Source: an uncultured Spirochaetota bacterium
GTDB lineage: Bacteria > Spirochaetota > Spirochaetia > SZUA-6 > Fen-1364
Assembly: GCA_963820525.1 (NCBI GenBank)
Contig: CAWGAA010000002.1
Coordinates: 352,001 to 416,000 of the forward strand
Length of the DNA stretch: 64,000 bases
Direction of reading: 5' to 3'
How positions within the stretch are numbered: position 1 is the stretch's first letter; each line of letters opens with the position of its first letter. The notes beneath the pieces were generated by a model that saw only the letters and a list, made by a program, of their open reading frames with translations, was not told the origin of the DNA and made no database searches. Of this stretch, positions 1-8,298 are shown piece by piece. The position numbers and the translations under genes were made by a program.

Positions 1-2
1 GA

Positions 3-881
3 TCCCATGAGTCCGGAAATCCCGAGGATTTCTCCCTCGCGGAGATCGAAGCTGACGTCCCTCACCAGCTTCCCGGCGTTCAGCCTATGTACTCGAAGGA
101 CGACCGGCGCATCGGGGGCAACGCTGCTTTTCGTCTTCGACTGCTCGTAGATGACGCGGCCGACCATCATGTTGATGATCTGTTGCTTCGTTACCCCTGA
201 GGACGGTTTCGTATCGACACACTCACCGTCACGCAGCACGGTAACTCGATCCGCGATGCGATGGATTTCGTCAAGACGATGAGAGATGTGAATCATTCCA
301 ACGCCTCTACCCGCCAGATCGCGCATGATGGCGAAAAGGTCGGCGATTTCGGCGTCCGACAACGCGGCCGTCGGCTCGTCCAAGATCAGGATTCGCAGGC
401 TGTGCGACACGGCCTTGGCGATTTCCACCATCTGCCGCTTGCCGAAGGTCAGCCGACTCAGGGGCTCGCTGGGATCGATGTTCATCTTGAGCCGCTTGAA
501 CAGCTCCCCTGCGCGGCGATTCTGCTCGTGCTCATCGAGAAGTATGCCGTTGAACCGAGTTGATTCTCTGCCAATGAAGATGTTCTGCGCCACCGTAAGG
601 TGATCCATCATGCTCAATTCCTGATGGATGATCCCGATACCCATCTCGAGTGCATGCTTGGGGTTCCGCGGGTTGAACGGATGGCCGAGATAGTGGATTT
701 CACCGGAGTCTTTTGGATTGATACCTACGAGAACCTTCATGAGCGTCGACTTGCCGGCGCCGTTCTCCCCGACTAGAGAGTGAATCTCCCCCTCTTCGAG
801 GTCGAAATCCACCTGTTTCAGGGCATGCACGCCTGTGAAGCGTTTATCGATTCTCTGCATTGAGAGGATTTGGCGGCTCAC
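3..881 (-). CDS. Sugar ABC transporter ATP-binding protein (RbsA/MglA family), runs off the left edge
   Basis: Not in the ORF track; translated by hand from GTG at 881 (GAGG upstream): [49 protein letters not shown] (Walker A), [26 protein letters not shown], second domain [22 protein letters not shown] at the edge. Confidence 0.93.
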   Translation of the reverse strand, partial: MSRQILSMQRIDKRFTGVHALKQVDFDLEEGEIHSLVGENGAGKSTLMKVLVGINPKDSGEIHYLGHPFNPRNPKHALEMGIGIIHQELSMMDHLTVAQNIFIGRESTRFNGILLDEHEQNRRAGELFKRLKMNIDPSEPLSRLTFGKRQMVEIAKAVSHSLRILILDEPTAALSDAEIADLFAIMRDLAGRGVGMIHISHRLDEIHRIADRVTVLRDGECVDTKPSSGVTKQQIINMMVGRVIYEQSKTKSSVAPDAPVVLRVHRLNAGKLVRDVSFDLREGEILGISGLMG

Positions 882-1087
882 GACAAAAACCTCACGCCAC
901 GCCTCGGCTCCCTGCCGATGAAGATGTTCTGCGCCGCCGAGAGGTGGGGCATCAGGTTGAGCTCTTGATGGATGATGCTTATGCCGAGAACGCCGCCGGG
1001 CTTACGATCATGGCTGCACGTGATAAGCGCATGAACGCCCGGGAAGTACTTGTCTGTGTCCTGCATTACGACGATCGGCTCAGCCAT
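878..1087 (-). pseudogene. Internally deleted, truncated remnant of a second sugar ABC ATPase
   Basis: 69 aa with RbsA-like blocks [10 protein letters not shown] and [27 protein letters not shown] joined with the Walker A segment missing; stop overlaps the next GTG (GTGA). Confidence 0.75.
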
Positions 1088-1110
1088 TCGAACCCGCCAA
1101 TGCAGTCAGG

Positions 1111-1126
1111 ATGAAATCGTTTACAT
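1111..1126. promoter_or_regulatory. LacI-family operator
   Basis: Near-palindrome ATGAAATCGTTTACAT fitting TGWAANCGNTTWCA, just downstream of a sigma70 promoter. Confidence 0.75.
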
Positions 1127-1140
1127 TCTTCGAACATACT

Positions 1141-1169
1141 AACTTAATATGGTCGGTATGGATTGTCAA
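1141..1169 (-). promoter_or_regulatory. sigma70-type promoter of the sugar ABC operon
   Basis: TTGACA (1169-1164), 17 nt, TAAGTT (1146-1141). Confidence 0.65.
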
Positions 1170-2218
1170 GCTTTTGCCGCCTTTAATGCCTTCAATTCAT
1201 CGCCCCCGGGCACAGCCTCGCTTGAGTGCCGTATGAGCTTGGTCGCAAAGCACAGGATCTCCGGGCTGCCGCGCCTGGTCCCGGTGAGCCGCTCGAAGAT
1301 CATGCGCGCCGCCGCGGCCCCCATCTCCGCGATGGGTTGGGAAACCGAGTAGCGGCAGAACTGAAGAAGCGGCGAGTAGGGCATCTCGTCGAAGGCGGCG
1401 AACACGATGCCTCCGGAGGCCTCCCGCCCGCGCGATAGGAGGTAGTCTGTCGCGCCGATATGAGTGTAGAGATTGACCGCGAAGAAGGCGTCGGGCCGGT
1501 TCGGCAGCGCCGACATCTCCTCCATGGCGTGGTAGCCCCATTCCATATGCGGCGGCCCGAAGCGTACGAAATCCGGTTCCAGGGCAAGCCCCGCCTCCTG
1601 CATTGCCTTCTTGTAGCCCTCGTAGCGCTCGCGTCCCGTCGATATATGAAGATCTCCTCCGATGAAGCCCACGCGCCGATAGCCATCCGCGATGAGGGCT
1701 GCGGTCGCCTCGTAAGCTCCTCCGCGGTTGTCGACCAGTACGGCGTCGGCCCTGCAATCGGAGACGACGCGGTCGATGAACACCAGGGGCGTGCCTCGCC
1801 TCTGGGCCGCGCGGATATGTCGCCCCTGGTCGGTGGCGGGGATCATCACGATGGCATCGGCAAGCCTTTCGGTGAGCAGCTTTATCCTCCGCTTCTCCTC
1901 CTCCACGTTCTCATAGGAGGAGCAGACCAGGAGGCTGTAGCCGTGCACGGCGAGCTTGCGTTCCATGCTTTCCACCAGGAGCATAAAGAAATCGCTTGAC
2001 AGCTCCGGCGCGATGACACCGACCATGCGGCTGGCCCTGGTCTTAAGGCTCCGCGCCACTTGGTTGATGTTGTAGGAAAGTCTTTCAATGGCCGAGCGGA
2101 CCTTCCTTTTGGTCCCCTCGGAGACCCGGGGATGATCGTTGAGCACGCGGGAGACGGTGGCGGTGGAAACCCCCGCCTCCCTGGCGACGTCCCGGATGGT
2201 CACAACGGCCTGCTTCAT
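1166..2218 (-). CDS. LacI family transcriptional regulator
   Basis: VTIRDVAREAGVSTATVSRVLN HTH, hinge ARSLK, periplasmic-binding-protein-like C-terminus; start re-set to ATG 2218 (AAGGGA upstream), 350 aa. Confidence 0.95.
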   Translation of the reverse strand: MKQAVVTIRDVAREAGVSTATVSRVLNDHPRVSEGTKRKVRSAIERLSYNINQVARSLKTRASRMVGVIAPELSSDFFMLLVESMERKLAVHGYSLLVCSSYENVEEEKRRIKLLTERLADAIVMIPATDQGRHIRAAQRRGTPLVFIDRVVSDCRADAVLVDNRGGAYEATAALIADGYRRVGFIGGDLHISTGRERYEGYKKAMQEAGLALEPDFVRFGPPHMEWGYHAMEEMSALPNRPDAFFAVNLYTHIGATDYLLSRGREASGGIVFAAFDEMPYSPLLQFCRYSVSQPIAEMGAAAARMIFERLTGTRRGSPEILCFATKLIRHSSEAVPGGDELKALKAAKA

Positions 2219-2240
2219 CCGATCCCTTAACCCGGCCCTC

Positions 2241-2269
2241 ATGATACGCGGATTGGCCGGAGAAGTCAA
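2241..2269 (-). promoter_or_regulatory. sigma70-type promoter of the LacI gene
   Basis: TTGACT (2269-2264), 17 nt, TATCAT (2246-2241). Confidence 0.7.
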
Positions 2270-2271
2270 GG

Positions 2272-2285
2272 TGTAATCGATTACA
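2272..2285. promoter_or_regulatory. LacI-family operator (perfect palindrome)
   Basis: TGTAATCGATTACA next to the -35 box. Confidence 0.8.
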
Positions 2286-2326
2286 TGGATCTTCACAGGG
2301 TTTTTAAGTGCTATTGCCCTTTCGAA

Positions 2327-2340
2327 TGAAATCGTTACCA
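2327..2340. promoter_or_regulatory. Auxiliary LacI-family operator
   Basis: TGAAATCGTTACCA, 12/14 identical to the site at 1112-1125. Confidence 0.6.
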
Positions 2341-2374
2341 CTGCTACATGAAGATGGGTCTGGGCCGGGGCAGT

Positions 2375-2863
2375 CTATAAAAGCCTTGAGAGAATATCGG
2401 CGGGAACGCTTTCACGGAGCCGGGGATAGGCTTCAATAATGCGGGCTATATCCGCCAGGTCTTTCTGCCGTTTGCTGCCCCGTCTTTCGGGATCCGAAGC
2501 CGCCCAGACTTTGCCCCGTAATACGTCCTCTATATCAGCGACGCTCATAACGCGTCCAAGCACTTCCTGTTTTCGCGCGTTCCCGATGAAGCCGGCGTAT
2601 TTGCGGTCCGTTTGTATCTGCACTCGGAGCTCCGATCCCGGAAGAGAGATGTTCAGGCTATGGGGGAAGGAAACGACCTTGAACAAGCTTCCCAATGATC
2701 GGGACAAATCTTCCATATTCTCGACCGCCACTACCACGTCGAGATCCAGGCTCACCAGGGGCTCGACGTATGCATTTACCGCCTGACCTCCGATGACGCA
2801 ATAGGGAATCTTTTTCTCTTCGAGGAAGCTGAGAAAGATGTCAAGAAAATCGCTCGTGTCCAT
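2375..2863 (-). CDS. Nucleotidyltransferase-fold protein (AbiEii/AbiGii-like)
   Basis: VIGGQAV...SLDLDVVV (GG + DxD) and C-terminal KRQKDLADI; start re-set to ATG 2863, 162 aa. Confidence 0.75.
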   Translation of the reverse strand: MDTSDFLDIFLSFLEEKKIPYCVIGGQAVNAYVEPLVSLDLDVVVAVENMEDLSRSLGSLFKVVSFPHSLNISLPGSELRVQIQTDRKYAGFIGNARKQEVLGRVMSVADIEDVLRGKVWAASDPERRGSKRQKDLADIARIIEAYPRLRESVPADILSRLL

Positions 2864-3067
2864 TGTCACGATTCGCCTAAAGGTGGAAGCGAGCATGCCG
2901 GTTTCATTTGACCTCCGTGCAGTATCATAAGACGAGGCAGAGGAAGGATCAAGCGTGATATAGCTGCTCTGCGGCTGCCGCCGTTTTGAGAAGCGTCGGT
3001 GCAATGGAATAGGGGCGTCCGACCGCGTCGCGGTGCCTGGCCGCGCGTGCAGGTGCTCCCAATAGGT

Positions 3068-3096
3068 TTGACCACGGTGAGATCTCCGTATAGCCT
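3068..3096 (+). promoter_or_regulatory. sigma70-type promoter, probably leaderless transcript
   Basis: TTGACC (3068-3073), 17 nt, TAGCCT (3091-3096); ATG 7 nt later with no SD. Confidence 0.5.
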
Positions 3097-3103
3097 ACGC
3101 AAC

Positions 3104-4855
3104 ATGAACGCCGCCAGTAGCTTCCCTCCTCTTCGGATCATTGAAACTCTCAACGCATGCGCCTCCACGTCACGGATTCTCGCTTCCTTCGACGAGACGC
3201 TCTTGAAGTGGGCGGACAACGAAGAAAGCATGTATGAGCCGTTCCTCTGGCAGCTCGAGGAGCATGCGGATCTAGTGGGCTCGCTCACCGAAGAATGGGT
3301 TCACGCCACGGCCAATCAGTACGTAGCCGGAAAGTTATGCTCGGGCGGGCCCCTTCTTCTGCGCTGCATCCAGAGTCTTGGAAGCTCCCTCAAACCTGAT
3401 GCCTCCCGCCTGCTCGCTTCGTTCCTTGATACACCATGGAGGTACGCGCTTTTGAGCGTGAAGGGCGTGATCGCGGATACGCTTTTCTCCGTGCACGATT
3501 ATTTTTCAGGAGAAGAGCTTCTCCTCCAATCCGACAGTCTGGCGCACCTGAATAAGAGGGGAGTGCCGCTCGTTCTCACCCTGCTTTTCAACAACGGCCA
3601 TTGTTTTCAGACCTATGGGCCGCTGCACGCGCATATCGGTTTCGAGCCGTTCGATTTTCTCTTTTTCGCCCGGATGCTCGACTCCCGTCTGGCCGAGAGG
3701 AAAGGGCTTGGCGCTTGCATGGCACAGAACCCCATCCCTTTCTTTTTGCTTGATTGCGCTTCCCAGGTTCCTCCAATGGCCCACAATGGGAAGAGGGTTG
3801 TCTATTGCTTTCACTCGCTCAAGGCTCCCGGCTTCGATCTCGGAACTCTGCGCTCGCGCGGTCATTTCACCACAGAGAGCCGGGAATCAATGACGCGCCT
3901 CTGCCTGGACGGAAAGGACTCCCCATTCGATCTCGCACACGTCTATTACGACGGGAAGAACAGAGTTCTCGCCGTTCATACTTCGGGGATGGAAAACTAT
4001 GGCAGGCTCCGGGACCTTATTCTATCCGATATCGAGCTCCCCGAGCAGCCGTTCTGGATGTCCAGCGCGAATATGACCGCCACGGCCGGCCACGTTCTGA
4101 AAATGAAAGAACCCGAGGATGGCTTTTCGAGCGCGTTCGAAGAAGAGCCGACTCCGAAGGAAACGAAAGACCTTGAAACCATGAACGCCTTCATGCGGGA
4201 AGCGGCCGACCGTTCCAACTACGGTTTACCGATTTCCTACGAAGAGCTCGCTAGAAAACATGGTATCCCGCTTGAGACGGCCCGACAGGTACAAAAAATG
4301 ATGGATCGACAAGGGAAACGATTCTTCATTTCTCTCAAAGGGGGAATCCCGGGCTTCTCTCCGCCTCCTCCCGCCGTCAGAATGAAGATGAAGGGTCCGC
4401 TCGCTGAATCCGAGCTGTTTGTTTTCTCCTCCAGCGATCGCTCGCGGGAGCTGTTTCATGAGCACGATGCCGGTTTTACGGCCCTCGCCCGCACCGTGGG
4501 TAGAGAAGCTCCCGACTTTCAAGAAATGCCGGCCATCGTAGACGATCTCAGCCTGAAGCATTGGGTCGCGACCGACTCGACCATAGTCGCCTACTCGTTC
4601 ATTCTCTTCCTGGCGGCAGGAGAGGATTTCAAGCCGGCTGATGACTACGCTACCGAGATCCTGCGTCTTTTCTGGCAGGTCCTCATTCCGAACAAAGGGA
4701 AAAAGAGCATCCAGCGTTTTCTGGACAAGTACACGTCTTATTGCCAAAAGATCCTTGCCCCTGCCGGGCTTGTCGAGACCAAAGTGGGATCGGAGGGCAT
4801 GTGCCTCGCAAGGCGTACGCGGTTCTTCGAGGAGTGGGTGCAAATTGCCAAGTAG
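3104..4855 (+). CDS. Hypothetical protein (583 aa), internal HTH-like segment
   Basis: Long ORF with globular composition; ISYEELARKHGIPLETARQV resembles a helix-turn-helix. Start uncertain. Confidence 0.75.
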   Translation: MNAASSFPPLRIIETLNACASTSRILASFDETLLKWADNEESMYEPFLWQLEEHADLVGSLTEEWVHATANQYVAGKLCSGGPLLLRCIQSLGSSLKPDASRLLASFLDTPWRYALLSVKGVIADTLFSVHDYFSGEELLLQSDSLAHLNKRGVPLVLTLLFNNGHCFQTYGPLHAHIGFEPFDFLFFARMLDSRLAERKGLGACMAQNPIPFFLLDCASQVPPMAHNGKRVVYCFHSLKAPGFDLGTLRSRGHFTTESRESMTRLCLDGKDSPFDLAHVYYDGKNRVLAVHTSGMENYGRLRDLILSDIELPEQPFWMSSANMTATAGHVLKMKEPEDGFSSAFEEEPTPKETKDLETMNAFMREAADRSNYGLPISYEELARKHGIPLETARQVQKMMDRQGKRFFISLKGGIPGFSPPPPAVRMKMKGPLAESELFVFSSSDRSRELFHEHDAGFTALARTVGREAPDFQEMPAIVDDLSLKHWVATDSTIVAYSFILFLAAGEDFKPADDYATEILRLFWQVLIPNKGKKSIQRFLDKYTSYCQKILAPAGLVETKVGSEGMCLARRTRFFEEWVQIAK

Positions 4856-4953
4856 CCCCGCGGCGCATTATTCGGTTTTTCCGTCCCCTGGTGACATGAC
4901 GTGAGATACTATATGCTTAAAGGAACCTTTCATCACCGTCGGAGAGGACTTTC

Positions 4954-7900
4954 ATGGATCGGATTCAAAAAGGCAGCATCATCAGGGGCCCCGCAACCCC
5001 CGAGCCAGTTGAGGTCAAGCTTGTCGAAAAGGTGGGCGGCTATCTTCACATAGTCGGTGTGGGTACTCTTTCGGGGAACCATTCCGATTTCCTCATCGCG
5101 GCGGAAGATATGGACTCATACTCTTCTGATAACGCAGAGAAAGCTTTCTCTGAGGAAGCGTGGAAGGTGTTCCTGGGATTGGAGACGATCCGGTACCGCT
5201 TCGCATCTCTCTACGATCCACTGCTCGCGGTCAACACATCGAAGATCGATCCCCTGCCTCATCAAATCGAGGCCGTCTACGGCTACATTCTCAAGCTTCC
5301 CCGGATCCGTTTCCTGATCGCGGACGATCCCGGCGCCGGAAAGACGATCATGGCCGGGCTTGTCATCAAGGAGCTCAAGCTGCGGCGGGTGATCGACCGC
5401 GTTCTCATTGTCTGTCCCGGGCACCTGAAGGACCAGTGGAGAAGGGAATTATCCGAACGGTTCGAAGAGAAGTTCATCGTGATCGACAGGGGCATAATGG
5501 ATTCGCTCTACGGTGAGAACGCATGGAACAGGGAGAAGCAAATCATCACCTCCATCGACTTCGCCAAACGCGACGAGATATTGCCGTCTATCGCCGCGGC
5601 GCACTTCGACTTGGTCATCGTGGATGAAGCGCACAAGATGAGCGCGTACCAATACGGCGACAAGACCGAAAAGACCGGCCGCTACCGTCTGGGGGAAACG
5701 CTCTCCAGGATCTCGGATCACTATCTCTTCCTCACGGCGACCCCGCACCGTGGGGATCCGGAAAGCTTCCGGATGTTCCTGGACCTGCTGGAGCAGGGGT
5801 TCTTCGCCACGAGCGAGATGGTGCACGAATCCGTCCGCAACCGCGACAACCCTCTCTTCATACGAAGGATCAAGGAAGACCTGAAGGATTTCGAGGGCAA
5901 GCCCCTGTTCCTTCCGCGCTACGTGAAAACGATCGCATACGACCTGGGCACGAGATCGCCGGCGGAAAAGGACCTTTACAATGCCCTGTCCGAATACGTC
6001 GTGACGCAATACAACCTCGCTCTCTCGCGCGACAAGAAAAGAAACATCGCATTCGCCCTTGTCATCCTCCAGCGCAGGCTCGCCTCCAGCAGCTACGCCC
6101 TCCTGAAATCCCTGGAACGCAGGAAAGGACGCCTGGAGGAGCTTCTTAAAGGTGCGCAGGAAAGGTTGAGCTTCTCGGGGGAAATGCTCGATTTGGATTC
6201 CGCGGAAGATCTGAGCGAGGAGGAGAGGTGGCGGGAGGAGGAGATCTGGGAGTCCCTCAGCGTGGCGGAGAACAGGCAAGAGCTGGAGGATGAAATCTCC
6301 ACGCTGGAAAACCTCATTTCTCAGGCAAGGGCGATCATCCATGGGGAGAAAGAGATCAAGCTCATGGAGCTGAAAAAAACCGTCCACCGTCTGGAGACGG
6401 AAAATCCGAAGAAGGAGGAGCGAAAGATCCTGATTTTCACGGAATCGAGGGACACCCTGGATTACCTGGAAAGAAAGATGAAGGAATGGGGGTTCACGAC
6501 CAACGTCATCCACGGCGGCATGAAACTGGAGGAAAGGGTCCGGGCGGAAAGCGTGTTCAAGAACGAGACGGACATCCTGGTGGCCACCGAAGCGGCGGGG
6601 GAAGGCATCAACCTCCAGTTCTGCAACCTCATGATCAACTACGATCTTCCATGGAACCCCAACCGCCTGGAACAGAGGATGGGCCGCATCCACAGGTACG
6701 GCCAGACGCGGGAAGTGTGGGTATTCAATCTCGTGGCCGAGGATACCCGCGAGGGCAGGGTGCTGAAGAAGCTTTTCGAAAAGCTTGACGAGATCAGGAA
6801 GGCGATGGGAAGCGACAAGGTCTTCGACGTGATCAGCGACGTTCTCCCCAACGTCAACCTCTCCCAGCTCATGATGGACGCCGCGGCCAGGACCCGCAGC
6901 GTCGACGACATAATCGGGGAGATGGACGTGACCGTGGACGAGGAGTACATCCGCCGGGTCAAGGAGGAGCTGGGGGAGAGCCTCGCCACGCACTTCATCG
7001 ACTACACCCGGATAAAGGAGATGGCGAGAAAGGCCGAGGAATATCGCCTGATTCCTGAGTACACGGAAAACTACTTCCGCAAGGCTTTCCAGAGGGCTGG
7101 CGGGAGCGTCAGGGAGACGCGGGAAGGTTTTCTCGCGGTGGATTCCGTGCCGCACGCCATCCGCAAGGCGAGCGAGCGGGACGAAATCCTTAAGTCTTTC
7201 GGCGCCGTGCTCAAGCGGTACCCCAAAATGACGTTCGACAAGAAGGTGGCCTTCCACCATGCCGACGCTGAGTTTGTTTCCTTCGGTCACCCTCTTTTCG
7301 AGTCCGTCATGGCCTGGGTGGAGGCCGAGCTTATGGACTCGGTGCAGAACGGCGCGGTTTTCCTGGATCCGGACAGGCTCATGGACGGGCACAACCTTTT
7401 CTATGAGGGAGAGATCAGAGACGGCAATGGTGAGACCGCGGGCAAGAGGCTTTTCGCCTTGTATGCGAGGGACGATGACATGAAAGAAGTCCCTCCCTCC
7501 TTGCTTTGGGACCTCGCGGAAGGCACGGCGGCCGACCGCAATGAAACGCTGGACAGGGAAGGCCTGAAGTCGAGGGCTTCCGAAGCGGTGATAGCCTCTC
7601 TGGAAAAATACAGAACGGAGATCTCGAACGAACGTACGCGCCAGGCCGCGATCAAGAAGAAGTACGGCGTCAAATCTCTGGAGACCCTCATCCTGAAGCT
7701 CGACGGCGAGCTGATCCCGCTGAAAGACAGGCAGATGCGGGGTGAGAACGTGGACCTCGCGATACGGAACAAGGAGGAGAGAAAGGCGGAATACGAGCGC
7801 GCGTTGGCGGATCTCGAGCGCTTCATCGTGCGGGAGCAGAACCTCGTGATGTCAATGCCCCGGTTTCGCGGGATCGTGAGGGTGAAGCCCGGGACAAAGC

Positions 7901-8298
7901 CCGTTACCGACGCCGCCGCGGATCCCGAGGTGGAAAAGGCGGGCATGGACGCCGCGATGAGCTACGAGCGCAAAGAGGGAAGGGAGCCGGAGGACGTGTC
8001 GAGCGAGAACCTCGGGTTCGACATCCGGTCCAGGGAAAAGACCGGCGGATGCCGCTATATCGAAGTGAAGGCGAGGTCTGATGTGGGAGCGGTGGCCCTC
8101 ACCCAGAACGAATGGTTCAAGGCAAAGCGCTTCGGTGACGACTACTATCTCTACGCCGTCATGAACGCAAAGAAATTGCCGCAGCTGTTCCCGATCCGAA
8201 ACCCCGCATCCACGCTCCGCGCCGATGAAAGAGTAGAGGTGGTGCGCTACGTGATCGGGGCGGACCAGATTACGGAGAAAGCGGGGAAAAGGGATTGA
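4954..8298 (+). CDS. SNF2-family helicase/translocase with C-terminal DUF3883 (PD-(D/E)XK) nuclease domain
   Basis: [44 protein letters not shown]-terminal GFDIRS...YIEVKAR...LTQNEW. Confidence 0.93.
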   Translation: MDRIQKGSIIRGPATPEPVEVKLVEKVGGYLHIVGVGTLSGNHSDFLIAAEDMDSYSSDNAEKAFSEEAWKVFLGLETIRYRFASLYDPLLAVNTSKIDPLPHQIEAVYGYILKLPRIRFLIADDPGAGKTIMAGLVIKELKLRRVIDRVLIVCPGHLKDQWRRELSERFEEKFIVIDRGIMDSLYGENAWNREKQIITSIDFAKRDEILPSIAAAHFDLVIVDEAHKMSAYQYGDKTEKTGRYRLGETLSRISDHYLFLTATPHRGDPESFRMFLDLLEQGFFATSEMVHESVRNRDNPLFIRRIKEDLKDFEGKPLFLPRYVKTIAYDLGTRSPAEKDLYNALSEYVVTQYNLALSRDKKRNIAFALVILQRRLASSSYALLKSLERRKGRLEELLKGAQERLSFSGEMLDLDSAEDLSEEERWREEEIWESLSVAENRQELEDEISTLENLISQARAIIHGEKEIKLMELKKTVHRLETENPKKEERKILIFTESRDTLDYLERKMKEWGFTTNVIHGGMKLEERVRAESVFKNETDILVATEAAGEGINLQFCNLMINYDLPWNPNRLEQRMGRIHRYGQTREVWVFNLVAEDTREGRVLKKLFEKLDEIRKAMGSDKVFDVISDVLPNVNLSQLMMDAAARTRSVDDIIGEMDVTVDEEYIRRVKEELGESLATHFIDYTRIKEMARKAEEYRLIPEYTENYFRKAFQRAGGSVRETREGFLAVDSVPHAIRKASERDEILKSFGAVLKRYPKMTFDKKVAFHHADAEFVSFGHPLFESVMAWVEAELMDSVQNGAVFLDPDRLMDGHNLFYEGEIRDGNGETAGKRLFALYARDDDMKEVPPSLLWDLAEGTAADRNETLDREGLKSRASEAVIASLEKYRTEISNERTRQAAIKKKYGVKSLETLILKLDGELIPLKDRQMRGENVDLAIRNKEERKAEYERALADLERFIVREQNLVMSMPRFRGIVRVKPGTKPVTDAAADPEVEKAGMDAAMSYERKEGREPEDVSSENLGFDIRSREKTGGCRYIEVKARSDVGAVALTQNEWFKAKRFGDDYYLYAVMNAKKLPQLFPIRNPASTLRADERVEVVRYVIGADQITEKAGKRD

